Shown: positions 1-9,979, counted from the stretch's first letter. The stretch is 64,000 nucleotides of DNA from a bacterium (GCA_016930535.1 JAFGGN010000028.1:4348-68347), one strand, 5' to 3'. Notes: generated from the sequence alone by a model not told the origin. A program made the numbers and translations.

Positions 1-252
1 CTGATCCAGTACGGAGAAAGGGTATGGAACCTGGCTGGAAACGAAGATGCCATTGATTCTGCCATTTTAAAAACCAGGGCGTTTTTTGAACAAATGGGAT
101 TGCCCACAACGCTTGGGGATTACCATATATCCGTCCCGGAGTGCTACGGTATCGGCCGGATCCTGGTAGAACGCAACGGGAAAATAGGGGAGCGGCGGGA
201 TATCGGGCAGAGCGAAGTGGACGCCATATTGAAGCTGGCGGCGTCAGTCTGA
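1..252 (+). CDS. Iron-containing alcohol dehydrogenase, YqhD/BdhA-like (3' part, truncated by window edge)
   Basis: Frame 1 reads LIQYGERVWNLAG...AILKTRAFFEQMGLPTTLGDY...IGERRDI to TGA at 250-252; resembles the YqhD C-terminus (LLQYAERVW...TRNFFEQLGVPT). Confidence 0.75.
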   Translation: MIQYGERVWNLAGNEDAIDSAILKTRAFFEQMGLPTTLGDYHISVPECYGIGRILVERNGKIGERRDIGQSEVDAILKLAASV

Positions 253-267
253 AAGGAGCGTTTCACC

Positions 268-651
268 GTGGATAATTATACGCTTGTGCGGCCGGAGCAC
301 CTGAATCACTATGGTGTTCTTTTCGGTGGCGCCCTGTTGAAATGGGTCGACGAGTATGCATGGCTGGCCGCTTCGCGGGATTTCCCGGGATGCCGTCTTG
401 TCACAGTGGGTATGAACCGTATCGAATTCCGTGAGCAGGTGGCAAACGGCACCATTCTGAGATTTCATATCAGGTTTCATTCACAGGGAAAAACATCCGT
501 GACCTATTCGGTCAATGTCACGGCGGAGCCTGCGCAGCAAAATGAAGCCATAACCGTTTTCAGCACGCAGGTCACACTGGTACGCATCGATGAACTGGGG
601 AAAAAATGTCATCTTCCCCGGCATGTAACGCATCCTGAATGTGCCTCCTGA
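268..651 (+). CDS. Acyl-CoA thioesterase (hotdog fold, YciA-like)
   Basis: VRPEHLNHYGVLFGGALLKWVDE motif; AAGGAG SD upstream of GTG. Confidence 0.85.
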   Translation: MDNYTLVRPEHLNHYGVLFGGALLKWVDEYAWLAASRDFPGCRLVTVGMNRIEFREQVANGTILRFHIRFHSQGKTSVTYSVNVTAEPAQQNEAITVFSTQVTLVRIDELGKKCHLPRHVTHPECAS

Positions 652-700
652 CCGGAGCACCGGGCGTGCGTGTTCATTTCATCAGACAGCGGAGGAAACC

Positions 701-1441
701 ATGAAAACCGACACACTGTTGGAAATTCTTCAGCAATGTCTCAAGATGGAAGGACAGGCCATAAGGATTTATGCGCTTCTGGCGGAAAATGCTGCAGGTG
801 AAGTCCAGGCTTTCTGGAAGGATATGACCGGCCAGGAAAAGGAACATGCACAATACTGGCAGCTCCTGATTCATCTTGCCGAAGAAGGAAAAATCCGCAA
901 CATTTTCGATTATCCGGAACGTATTTTAAGTGAATTGAAGGGCGCTTCTCTGGAAGTGGACAAATTGGTTCAGCAAATCGATCCCGGCAATCTCGTCAAT
1001 GCCTTCACCATTGCCTACATGCTCGAATTTACGTTGCTGCATCCCGCATTTCCTGCGCTTTTTTTATCCATGCGGTCAGTGACCGGCGACCGCTCCCCCG
1101 GTGACAGGTATCATGAGCATCTTCATAATCTGATCAGGGCATACCGGCTGTATTCTCCCGGCGGCTCACCCTTCGAGCTGGTCGCTGATTTATCGGACAA
1201 ACTGCTGCTGCGCAATGAACAGATTGCCGAACAATTGATGGAAATACGCCAGTTGCGCGGGCTGCTTCCCATATGCATGCATTGCAAGAATATCCGGACC
1301 GAAAAAGGCTTGTGGATCAGGGTTGAAAATTATATCGAGGCCCATTCGGAAGCCGAGTTCTCACACGGTATCTGCCCTGATTGTATTAAAAAATACTACG
1401 GCGAGTACTTTTCAGATGAGGATTTTCAGGATCAGGCCTGA
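701..1441 (+). CDS. Ferritin/rubrerythrin-like domain fused to a C-terminal CxxC...HGICPDC zinc-finger-like module
   Basis: N-term MEGQAIRIY...QEKEHAQ (E..ExxH diiron-like); C-term LRGLLPICMHCKNIR...W...EFSHGICPDC; GGAGG SD before ATG 701. Confidence 0.65.
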   Translation: MKTDTLLEILQQCLKMEGQAIRIYALLAENAAGEVQAFWKDMTGQEKEHAQYWQLLIHLAEEGKIRNIFDYPERILSELKGASLEVDKLVQQIDPGNLVNAFTIAYMLEFTLLHPAFPALFLSMRSVTGDRSPGDRYHEHLHNLIRAYRLYSPGGSPFELVADLSDKLLLRNEQIAEQLMEIRQLRGLLPICMHCKNIRTEKGLWIRVENYIEAHSEAEFSHGICPDCIKKYYGEYFSDEDFQDQA

Positions 1442-1514
1442 TGCGGTGTTTTGCGGATCAGGCCTGTTGTGCGCAGCGTGCATCCGTCAAATTACAATGA
1501 ATACCGGAGGGCTT

Positions 1515-1823
1515 ATGATCATCGTTCATGTGCATATTCATGTCAGAGAGGACTGCATCCAGGCGTTTATCGATGCATCCGTTGAAAATGCAGGACACAG
1601 CATCAGAGAGCCGGGGATCGTACGGTTTGATCTGATACGGAGACAGGACGATACGCAACGGTTTGTTCTTGTCGAAATATACCGGTCCCAGGAGGATACG
1701 GTGAAACACAAGGAAACTGCACATTATCAGAAATGGCGCGACACGGTGGCCGATATGATGGCCGAACCCCGTCAGGGTATACGGTACGACAATGTGTTTC
1801 CCGGTGATGATGCATGGCATTGA
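1515..1823 (+). CDS. ABM-family / LsrG-like putative quinol monooxygenase
   Basis: SIREPGIVRFDL...FVLVEIY...HKETAHYQKWRD; GGAGG SD before ATG 1515. Confidence 0.85.
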   Translation: MIIVHVHIHVREDCIQAFIDASVENAGHSIREPGIVRFDLIRRQDDTQRFVLVEIYRSQEDTVKHKETAHYQKWRDTVADMMAEPRQGIRYDNVFPGDDAWH

Positions 1824-2977
1824 GTTTTCATTTTGCCACGGCCGGTGAAATTGTTTTTTCGGCAGGCTGTGTACAGAAGCTGCCTGAAATGGCGGCACAA
1901 TATGCAAAACGTGTGTTCCTGATAACCGGGGGAAATCCCGGCCGCTACCGTCAGCTCATCGATGCGGTGAACATGCGCTCAGAAATGCTTGTGTATCCGG
2001 TTTCCACGGAACCCACAATTGAAATGGTCACGGATGCGGCAGGCCAGGCGAGGGCATTCAGTGCCGGTCTGGTTATCGGCATCGGCGGAGGAAGTGTTCT
2101 GGATGCAGGCAAAGCCGTTTCCGCATTGCTGACCAATGACGGTGATCTGATGCAGTATCTTGAGGTTGTCGGTCTTTCACAGCCGATCCGAAAGAAACCA
2201 TGTCCCTATATCGCCGTACCCACGACTGCCGGAACCGGGGCGGAAGTGACAAAAAATGCGGTGATTACTTCGGTCGGGCATCGCGTCAAAGTGAGTATGC
2301 GCCATCAGTGGATGATTCCGGATCATGCCGTCATCGATCCGGAACTGACTTTCTCCATGCCTCCTGAACTTACCGCTTCCACGGGACTGGATGCCCTGAC
2401 ACAGCTCATTGAGCCGTTCGTGACGTCTTACCATAATCCCCTGACAGATGCCCTGTGCCGGGAAGGACTGATCAGAGCCTCACGATCCCTGAAAACAGCG
2501 TATGATCACGGGGCTGATCCGGGCGCAAGAGAGGATATGGCAGTCGCCAGTCTCTTTGGCGGTCTGGCTCTGGCAAATGCAAAACTGGGTGCAGTGCATG
2601 GCATTGCCGGACCCCTGGGCGGACGGTTTTCAGTTTCACATGGAATCGTCTGCGCCAGGCTGCTGGCACCGGTTCTTCGGTCCAATATTCAGGTGCTCCG
2701 CGGCGATGAAAAACATCCTGGCCGGCTAGAACGATTCAGGGAACTGGCTGGCATTGTTACCGGTGTTCCCGATGCGGATGCGGAAGAATCGGTTATTTGG
2801 ATCGAGTCGTTGTGCCGGCACATGAAAATACCTCCTCTGTCCTCACAAGGTATCCGGAGGAATGATTTCCCTTTCATCATCGACCAGTCCCTGAAATCCA
2901 GCAGTATGGCCGGGAATCCGGTTAAGCTGAGCAGGAAGGATCTGACGGAAATACTTGAAAATGCCGTATTTTCATGA
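1814..2977 (+). CDS. Iron-containing alcohol dehydrogenase
   Basis: GGGSVLDAGK, PTTAGTGAEVT, DALTQ, HGIAG, SHG metal/NAD motifs. Confidence 0.92.
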   Translation: MALSFHFATAGEIVFSAGCVQKLPEMAAQYAKRVFLITGGNPGRYRQLIDAVNMRSEMLVYPVSTEPTIEMVTDAAGQARAFSAGLVIGIGGGSVLDAGKAVSALLTNDGDLMQYLEVVGLSQPIRKKPCPYIAVPTTAGTGAEVTKNAVITSVGHRVKVSMRHQWMIPDHAVIDPELTFSMPPELTASTGLDALTQLIEPFVTSYHNPLTDALCREGLIRASRSLKTAYDHGADPGAREDMAVASLFGGLALANAKLGAVHGIAGPLGGRFSVSHGIVCARLLAPVLRSNIQVLRGDEKHPGRLERFRELAGIVTGVPDADAEESVIWIESLCRHMKIPPLSSQGIRRNDFPFIIDQSLKSSSMAGNPVKLSRKDLTEILENAVFS

Positions 2978-3010
2978 TCCAAATATTTTCCACGTTCCGG
3001 ACATTTATAT

Positions 3011-3039
3011 TTGATATCTGTTAATTAATTGATTAAATT
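3011..3039 (+). promoter_or_regulatory. Putative sigma70 promoter of nfnAB
   Basis: TTGATA-N17-TAAATT in an AT-rich intergenic region. Confidence 0.5.
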
Positions 3040-3082
3040 ATATGATTTGGTAATAATTTAAACAGCATGGAGTTCTTTAAAA

Positions 3083-5398
3083 GTGCAGAACGGTGCCCGG
3101 AAGCAAAATGAAATCATATCGAAAGTGACTCTTGGACCTCAGCTTGTTCAATTCGATGTCTATGTTCCGCATGTTGCACAAAGTGTGCGCGCAGGACAAT
3201 TTGTCGTGCTCAGAACCGATGAATATGGTGAACGCCTGCCGCTGACTGTGGCATGGAATGATCATAAAAACGGCATAATCAGGCTGATTGTTCAAATTGT
3301 CGGTGTGGCCACAAAAAAACTGGATTCCCTCAATGCCGGGGACACGATCATGGATGTTGTGGGACCTCTCGGCAAACCGACACATATTGAGAAATCAGGC
3401 ACCGTAGTGCTGATAGGGGGCGGTGTGGGCGCCGCACCTGTTTTTCCCATATTGCGGGCCATGAAAAAAACAGGAAACCGTACCATTTCAATCATCGGGG
3501 CAAGAACCGGAAACATGCTGATACTGGTGGATGAAATGCGTGAATACAGTGATATGCAGATCATCTGTACGGACGATGGGTCGAGGGGAGAAAAGGGATT
3601 TGTCACAGATATGCTTAAAAAACTGATCGATCAGAAAGTGACCATCAATCAGGTGGTTGCGATTGGTCCTGCGGTCATGATGGCGGCCGTGTCGAATCTG
3701 ACGCGCCAGTACAATATCCCGACACTTGTCAGCCTGAATTCCCTGATGGTGGACGGAACGGGCATGTGCGGCGGCTGCCGGATTACTGTAGGAGGCGAAA
3801 CAAAATTTGTCTGCGTGGACGGCCCTGAATTCGACGGCCATGAGGTTGATTTCGACGAACTGATGCAGCGGTCAAAAACATACCTGAAGGAAGAAAAACA
3901 GGCACTTTCACGGCATGAATGCCGCCTTGAAGACGATGTCCGGAAAAAACAAGCGGAACGGACATCTTCTGACCGGCGGATGCAGAAACCGGATCAGGCA
4001 CCGGAAAAACCCAAATCGCGCATTGAAATGCCGAAACAGTCGCCGGACAAACGAATTCAGAATTTCGATGAAGTTGCATTGGGATACGATGCCGAAATGG
4101 CCATGGCCGAGGCTTCACGCTGCCTTCAGTGTAAAAAGGCACCGTGTGTATCCGGTTGTCCGGTCAATATCGATATCCCGGGATTCATTATGAGGATACG
4201 GGAAGGCGATTTTATCGGGGCTATTGAAAAAATCAGGGAAATGAACAGCCTTCCTGCCATTTGCGGTCGTGTATGTCCACAGGAGGAGCAATGCGAGATC
4301 CGGTGCGTACTGGCTAAAAAGGGTCAGCCGGTCGCCATAGGAAGGCTCGAAAGGTTCGCTGCGGATTTCGAAGCGGTCCTGACAGCGAACATGCCTGCAA
4401 TCCATGTCACGCCGTCCGGTAAAAAGGTGGCTGTGATCGGAGCCGGACCGGCCGGCCTGACCGCTGCCGGTGAGCTTGCAAAAATGGGGCATGGGGTGAC
4501 CATCTTCGAAGCGCTGCACAAACCGGGCGGTGTTCTGGCATATGGCATCCCCGAATTCCGTCTGCCGAAAGCCATTGTAGCGAGGGAAGCAGCTTATATC
4601 GAGGGACTCGGCGTTGAAATGAAGCTCAATCATATCATCGGACGCACCTACACAATTGAACAGCTGCTGGATGATGGATACGATGCCGTTTTTATCGGAA
4701 CCGGTGCAGGCCTGCCTTATTTCATGGGTATACCGGGAGAGAACCTCAACGGCGTATATTCGGCCAATGAATTTCTGACACGCGTCAATTTAATGAAAGC
4801 CTACCGGTTTCCGGAATATGATACGCCGGTCTATACCGGAGAGAATGTCGCTGTGGTCGGTGGCGGCAATGTCGCAATGGATGCAGCACGGTGTGCACAA
4901 AGGCTGAATACAAAAAATGTATATCTGGTTTACAGGCGGGCCCGTGAACAGATGCCCGCAAGGAAAGAGGAAATTGAGAACGCGTTTGAGGAAGGCATAC
5001 ATCCGCATTTGCTGACCAATCCGGTTCGCATCATCGGAGATGAAAACGGCTGGGTCAGGCAGATTGAATGTATACGGATGGAACTGGGAGAACCCGATGC
5101 ATCGGGCCGCAGGAAACCGGTTCCTGTCGCCGGTTCCGAATTTCTGCTTGATGTCGATACAGTCGTGATGGCTATCGGACAGGGGGCCAATCCGCTTCTG
5201 ACTTCAACGACACCGGGCCTGGATCTGACCAAATGGGGCAATATCGTGGTCGATGAATCAACGGGAAAAACATCCAGAAAGGGTGTTTTTGCAGGAGGCG
5301 ATATTGTGACGGGTGCCGCGACTGTCATCCTGGCCATGGGTGCCGGGAAAAATGCGGCCATGGCGATTGATGAATACCTTAGAACGGGCAACTGGTGA
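3083..5398 (+). CDS. nfnAB: Fused NfnA-NfnB (SudB/SudA-like) NADH-dependent reduced ferredoxin:NADP+ oxidoreductase
   Basis: N-term ERLPLT, GGGVG, MVDGTGMCGGCR...CVDGPEFD (2Fe-2S); C-term RCLQC..PCVSGCP, CGRVCPQEEQCE, GAGPAG, GGGNVAMD, GATVILAMGAG-type tail. Confidence 0.88.
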   Translation: MQNGARKQNEIISKVTLGPQLVQFDVYVPHVAQSVRAGQFVVLRTDEYGERLPLTVAWNDHKNGIIRLIVQIVGVATKKLDSLNAGDTIMDVVGPLGKPTHIEKSGTVVLIGGGVGAAPVFPILRAMKKTGNRTISIIGARTGNMLILVDEMREYSDMQIICTDDGSRGEKGFVTDMLKKLIDQKVTINQVVAIGPAVMMAAVSNLTRQYNIPTLVSLNSLMVDGTGMCGGCRITVGGETKFVCVDGPEFDGHEVDFDELMQRSKTYLKEEKQALSRHECRLEDDVRKKQAERTSSDRRMQKPDQAPEKPKSRIEMPKQSPDKRIQNFDEVALGYDAEMAMAEASRCLQCKKAPCVSGCPVNIDIPGFIMRIREGDFIGAIEKIREMNSLPAICGRVCPQEEQCEIRCVLAKKGQPVAIGRLERFAADFEAVLTANMPAIHVTPSGKKVAVIGAGPAGLTAAGELAKMGHGVTIFEALHKPGGVLAYGIPEFRLPKAIVAREAAYIEGLGVEMKLNHIIGRTYTIEQLLDDGYDAVFIGTGAGLPYFMGIPGENLNGVYSANEFLTRVNLMKAYRFPEYDTPVYTGENVAVVGGGNVAMDAARCAQRLNTKNVYLVYRRAREQMPARKEEIENAFEEGIHPHLLTNPVRIIGDENGWVRQIECIRMELGEPDASGRRKPVPVAGSEFLLDVDTVVMAIGQGANPLLTSTTPGLDLTKWGNIVVDESTGKTSRKGVFAGGDIVTGAATVILAMGAGKNAAMAIDEYLRTGNW

Positions 5399-5403
5399 GA
5401 CGT

Positions 5404-5421
5404 AAAATTGTCGACAATTTT
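5404..5421. promoter_or_regulatory. Perfect 18-bp palindrome upstream of the yceD-rpmF-fab promoter
   Basis: AAAATTGTCGACAATTTT is self-complementary and ends 5 bp before the -35. Confidence 0.4.
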
Positions 5422-5426
5422 TTAAC

Positions 5427-5455
5427 TTGCTTATTATTGGAGAATTAAGTAAATT
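5427..5455 (+). promoter_or_regulatory. Putative sigma70 promoter of the yceD-rpmF-plsX-fab operon
   Basis: TTGCTT-N17-TAAATT. Confidence 0.5.
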
Positions 5456-5469
5456 TGCCATCGTTTGAA

Positions 5470-5985
5470 ATGGAACAAATTACAATTCCCATGGCATCCA
5501 TTCGCAGGGGAATTGATCAATACACATTCAATGTTCCGACGGAAGCGCTGAATCCGGATCCTGAAAGGATCCGGATGGAATCACTGCAGGCGACGGTAAA
5601 TGTCAGTCCGGCGGGTGAAGATTTCCTGCTTACGCTGAGCATCCTGATGCAGGGCGTGTTTAAATGCGACCGGTGCAGTGAATGGTTTGACGACCGTAAA
5701 TACGGAAAGCTGACCACACTGTTTACGCCCGATCCGTCCAAAATCGAAGCGGCGGATGGCGGAGAAATCAGATTGTTCAATGTGCACGCAACGGAGATCA
5801 ATATCACTCAGGAAATTATGGACGGACTTGTGCTGAATATTCCGGAAAAACTGCTTTGCAGAAAGGACTGCCGGGGAATCTGCATCCAGTGCGGAACAAA
5901 TTTAAATGAATCAACGTGCTCCTGTATCAAGGATGAATCCGATCCGAGATGGGATGCGCTGAAAAATATGAAATTCGACGAATAA
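5470..5985 (+). CDS. yceD: YceD / DUF177 family protein
   Basis: CDRC and LCRKDCRGICIQCGTNLNESTCSC...DPRWDALK motifs; directly upstream of rpmF; ATG 5470 preferred because TTG 5455 overlaps the -10. Confidence 0.9.
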   Translation: MEQITIPMASIRRGIDQYTFNVPTEALNPDPERIRMESLQATVNVSPAGEDFLLTLSILMQGVFKCDRCSEWFDDRKYGKLTTLFTPDPSKIEAADGGEIRLFNVHATEINITQEIMDGLVLNIPEKLLCRKDCRGICIQCGTNLNESTCSCIKDESDPRWDALKNMKFDE

Positions 5986-6009
5986 AGCGAGAACGAAAGG
6001 AGCTGTCAC

Positions 6010-6192
6010 TTGCCATTACCCAAGAATAAAATATCAAAATCCAGACGGGATAAAAGAAGAACGCATAAAAAGCTCAGCGAACCATCACTTTCGGAATGCT
6101 CTCACTGTCATCATCCGAAATTGCCGCATCGTGCCTGTCCCAGTTGCGGTTACTATGGCGGTAAAATGGTCGTGGTCACCAAAGAATCCTAA
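6010..6192 (+). CDS. rpmF: 50S ribosomal protein L32 (Zn-ribbon form)
   Basis: MPLPKNKISKSRRDKRRTH...CSHC...HRACPSCGYY. Confidence 0.97.
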   Translation: MPLPKNKISKSRRDKRRTHKKLSEPSLSECSHCHHPKLPHRACPSCGYYGGKMVVVTKES

Positions 6193-6211
6193 AAACGAAA
6201 AGGGGTGACTT

Positions 6212-7213
6212 TTGATTCGTGTCGCTGTGGATGCAATGGGTGGTGATCAGGCACCGGAGGCCATAGTAAGAGGTGCTATTGATGCAGCCCGTGTGGCAGA
6301 AGGCAGATATGAAATTGTGCTGGTCGGTCATGAAGAGGAAATCGGCCAGTTTATGCAGCAGCACCATTTTACACGCGGACTGCCGATTACGGTTCATCAT
6401 GCTTCACAGAAGGTAGAAATGGACGAGGCGCCCGGTATCGCCCTGAGAAAGAAACCGGATTCCTCCATCGTCGTTGCAGCCGGTCTCCATGCACAAGGCA
6501 AGGTGAACGCCCTTGTCAGCGCCGGAAACACCGGTGCTGTACTGGGTGCTGCATTATTCACGCTGAAACGCATAGAAGGGGTTTTACGTCCTTCCATCGG
6601 TTCTTTTCTGCCAACTAAAAACAGTGTCTGTTTTGTCATCGACGTGGGTGCCAACGTGGACTGTAAACCCGAGCAGTTGTATCAGTTCGGCGTGATGGGT
6701 TCGATTTTCGTCAATCATATTCTTGGTGTCGAAAATCCGAAAGTCGGTTTGCTCAATATCGGGGAGGAACCGGGTAAGGGGAACGAGCAGGTTCAGGAAG
6801 CTTATCGCTTGTTTGAAAACGGCACCGTCAATTTTGTCGGTAACGTGGAAGGGCGTGACGTGCTGATGCATGCGGCCGATGTGGTTGTTTGCGACGGTTT
6901 TATCGGGAATGTTCTGATCAAATTCGGAGAAAGCCTGAAAGACATGATTCCGGTGAGTCTGAAAAATAAAATCGGAACGAATATTGCCGGGAATTTTGGT
7001 TTTTTCTTTATGCAGCATAAATTTACCAAGGTTATGAAGCTGTTCGATTATCAGGAATACGGCGGAGCACCGCTTCTGGGTGTGAAGGGGAACTGCATTG
7101 TCGCTCACGGAAGATCGACGCCCCGGGCGATCCGTACCGCCATTATTGAAGCCTATAAGATGGTGAAGGAAAATGTGGCCGGTCATATAGAATCCCGAAT
7201 ACAATCTGCATAA
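6212..7213 (+). CDS. plsX: Phosphate acyltransferase PlsX
   Basis: VAVDAMGGD, SAGNTGA, DVGANVD, NIGEEPGKG, GAPLLG, AHGRS. Confidence 0.96.
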   Translation: MIRVAVDAMGGDQAPEAIVRGAIDAARVAEGRYEIVLVGHEEEIGQFMQQHHFTRGLPITVHHASQKVEMDEAPGIALRKKPDSSIVVAAGLHAQGKVNALVSAGNTGAVLGAALFTLKRIEGVLRPSIGSFLPTKNSVCFVIDVGANVDCKPEQLYQFGVMGSIFVNHILGVENPKVGLLNIGEEPGKGNEQVQEAYRLFENGTVNFVGNVEGRDVLMHAADVVVCDGFIGNVLIKFGESLKDMIPVSLKNKIGTNIAGNFGFFFMQHKFTKVMKLFDYQEYGGAPLLGVKGNCIVAHGRSTPRAIRTAIIEAYKMVKENVAGHIESRIQSA

Positions 7214-7223
7214 GGAGCGCCAT

Positions 7224-8213
7224 GTGAATTCCCGACCAAAAAGTATGATTGCCGGAACAGGATCAGCCGTTCCTGAAAAAGTACTGACAAATGCCGATCT
7301 TGAGAAGATCGTGGAGACATCGGACGAATGGATCCGTGAACGCACAGGAATCGAACGCCGGCATATACTGGAAGACGGGCTGACAAATTCCGACCTGGCA
7401 GCACGTGCAGCAGAGCAAGCCTTAAAAAAAGCAGGTCTGACTCCCGACCAGATTGAATGCCTGATTGTGGCGACGATCACGCCTGATATGGGGTTCCCTT
7501 CCACGGCATGCGCGGTCCAATCCAAACTGGAAGCCTTCAATGCGGCGGCTTTCGATATTTCAGCGGCCTGTTCGGGTTTTCTTTACGGACTGATCATGGG
7601 CGATTCATTTATTGCCAGCGGTTTGTATAAAAACGTACTCGTCATCGGATCCGAAGTTTTGTCACGAATGACGGATTGGGAAGACCGGGCGACCTGTGTC
7701 CTGTTCGGTGACGGAGCGGGTGCTGCGGTGCTGGTGCCTTCAGGCGATAACCGGGGCCTGCTTTCCGCCTATATGAAAAGCGACGGCCGTCTGGGATATC
7801 TTCTGAACTGTCCCGGAGGCGGTGTGACGTATCCGGCTTCACATGAAACCGTGGACCAGCGGCTCCACTTCATTAAAATGGAGGGGCGGGAGGTATACAA
7901 ACATGCTGTCCGGACCATGGTGGATGCTGCGGTTCACAGTCTGGAACTCGCCGGTCTGACCGCAAAAGATATTGATCTTCTGATCACACACCAGGCGAAT
8001 AAAAGAATCATTCATGCGGTTGTTCAGCGGCTGAAGCTTCCTGATGAAAAAGTGTTTATCAATATAGAGGAATACGGAAATACTTCTGCCGCGAGCATTC
8101 CAATAGCCATGAATCAGGCGATTGAGGAGGGGCGGTTGAAAGAAGGACAGCTCTGCCTGATGGTTGCATTCGGAGGCGGTTTTACGTGGGCTTCCAGCCT
8201 GGTAAGGATATAA
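7224..8213 (+). CDS. fabH: 3-oxoacyl-ACP synthase III
   Basis: AACSGF catalytic Cys, HQAN, YGNTSAAS, FGGGFTW. Confidence 0.96.
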   Translation: MNSRPKSMIAGTGSAVPEKVLTNADLEKIVETSDEWIRERTGIERRHILEDGLTNSDLAARAAEQALKKAGLTPDQIECLIVATITPDMGFPSTACAVQSKLEAFNAAAFDISAACSGFLYGLIMGDSFIASGLYKNVLVIGSEVLSRMTDWEDRATCVLFGDGAGAAVLVPSGDNRGLLSAYMKSDGRLGYLLNCPGGGVTYPASHETVDQRLHFIKMEGREVYKHAVRTMVDAAVHSLELAGLTAKDIDLLITHQANKRIIHAVVQRLKLPDEKVFINIEEYGNTSAASIPIAMNQAIEEGRLKEGQLCLMVAFGGGFTWASSLVRI

Positions 8214-8244
8214 TCGTTTATAAAATATAGGGTTATCTGTTTTT

Positions 8245-9177
8245 ATGGGAAAAACGGCCTTCATATTTCCCGGTCAGGGATCGCAGATTGTAGGGATGGG
8301 AAAGGACCTGTACGGTACGTATCCGGAAGCAGCCAGGTTGTTCGATATGGCTGACAGGATCCTTGACACTGCCCTGACCTCGGTTTGTTTCGAAGGGCCC
8401 GAAGATCAACTGAAAGAAACACGTTTTACACAGCCCGCGGTCTTTACACACAGTCTGATCGTGGCCGGTATACTGGCCGAAGCAGGATTTTATCCGGATT
8501 GTGTCGCCGGTCACAGTCTTGGAGAGCTGGCAGCCCTTTGTTTTTCGGGCGCATTTTCCTTTGAAAACGGATTGTCCCTGGTCCGCGAGCGGGGCCGGCT
8601 TATGAGCGATTGTGCGGTCCGGTCGCCGGGTACGATGGCTGCGGTTATCGGAATGGATCCCGGATTGGTGCGGGCCGTTTGTAATGAGGCTGCATCCGCC
8701 GGTATCGTGCAGCCCGCCAATTTTAATTCACCTGTTCAGATCGTGATTTCCGGTTCCAGGGAAGGCGTTGTCAGGGCCATGGAAATTGCGGGGCAAAAAG
8801 GCGCCAAACGGATAATCGAACTGCCGGTAAGCGGAGCCTTTCATTCACCCCTTATGGAAGATGCCTCCGTTTCTTTCCGGAGCATTGTCGAATCGGTCGC
8901 TTTCGATTCATTGAAAATACCGGTTTATGCAAATGTCACTGCGGAACGTGTTTCCTCGGAAACCGATATTCCCGATTTGCTTTCACGGCAGCTGACCCAT
9001 CCGGTACGCTGGATTGAAATTATCGAAAATATGGCCGCTTCCGGAGTGACCCGTTTTATTGAAACCGGTCCCGGCAAGATACTGGCCGGACTGGTCAAAA
9101 GGATTGTGCCCCAGGTTGAAACGATCTCAATCGGCACGGTTGAGGATATAAACGCCTTCAAAATTCAACAAGGATAA
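8245..9177 (+). CDS. fabD: Malonyl-CoA:ACP transacylase
   Basis: FPGQGSQ, GHSLGE, VSGAFHS. Confidence 0.96.
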   Translation: MGKTAFIFPGQGSQIVGMGKDLYGTYPEAARLFDMADRILDTALTSVCFEGPEDQLKETRFTQPAVFTHSLIVAGILAEAGFYPDCVAGHSLGELAALCFSGAFSFENGLSLVRERGRLMSDCAVRSPGTMAAVIGMDPGLVRAVCNEAASAGIVQPANFNSPVQIVISGSREGVVRAMEIAGQKGAKRIIELPVSGAFHSPLMEDASVSFRSIVESVAFDSLKIPVYANVTAERVSSETDIPDLLSRQLTHPVRWIEIIENMAASGVTRFIETGPGKILAGLVKRIVPQVETISIGTVEDINAFKIQQG

Positions 9178-9179
9178 CT

Positions 9180-9926
9180 ATGACAGATTTTCAGGGAAAG
9201 ACCGCCCTCGTTACAGGCGGAGCGCGCGGAATCGGAAAATTCATCGTACTTGAACTGGCCAGACAGGGCTGTCAGGTCGTCATCTCCGATATCGATCTGG
9301 ACGGTGCTCAGTCGACGGCAAAAGAAGTTGAAGCCATGGGCATCAGGGCTCTGGCGGTCCGGAATGACGTCAGCGATGCAGTGGATGTCGAAAAAATGAT
9401 ACAAACGGCAACCGATACTTTCGGCCGGATTGACATTCTGGTCAACAATGCGGGAATTACGCGGGATTCACTGCTGATGCGCATGTCAGAGGCCGATTGG
9501 GATCTGGTTCTCAATATCAATCTGAAAGGTGCGTTTTTGTGCACAAAAGCTGTAATTCGCGGTATGATGAAGCAGCGCAGCGGCAAAATCATCAATATGG
9601 CATCCGTGGTCGGTGTCGGGGGAAATGCGGGACAGGCCAATTATGCGGCTTCCAAAGCCGGGCTGATCGGATTGACAAAAAGTGTTGCAAAGGAAGTCGC
9701 TTCCAGAAATATTCAGGTGAATGCCATTGCACCCGGATATATAGAAACGGAAATGACGGCAAATCTGCCTGAAGAAGCCAAAAACTGGTTTCTGAATAAC
9801 TCTCCGATAAAAAGACCGGGTACGCCTGAAGATGTGGCGAGGGCCGTGCTGTTTCTGGCTTCGTCCGGCTCTGATTACATCACCGGTCAGGTGATCCACG
9901 TCGATGGCGGCATGATGATGGGATAA
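9180..9926 (+). CDS. fabG: 3-oxoacyl-ACP reductase
   Basis: TGGARGIG, NNAGITRD, YAASK. Confidence 0.96.
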   Translation: MTDFQGKTALVTGGARGIGKFIVLELARQGCQVVISDIDLDGAQSTAKEVEAMGIRALAVRNDVSDAVDVEKMIQTATDTFGRIDILVNNAGITRDSLLMRMSEADWDLVLNINLKGAFLCTKAVIRGMMKQRSGKIINMASVVGVGGNAGQANYAASKAGLIGLTKSVAKEVASRNIQVNAIAPGYIETEMTANLPEEAKNWFLNNSPIKRPGTPEDVARAVLFLASSGSDYITGQVIHVDGGMMMG

Positions 9927-9979
9927 TGTTGAATCAAGTCCATATAAACAATACGAATTAAAAAGGAGGTTAAACGAAC

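Noticed and set aside
1430-1466. GATCAGGCCTG repeated twice, forming a hairpin (REP-like)
   Set aside because: No further copies noticed in the window and no U-tract; not supportable as a repeat family or terminator
3083-5398. Glutamate synthase small subunit (gltD) call
   Set aside because: Fused NfnA domain and no gltB nearby favour Nfn
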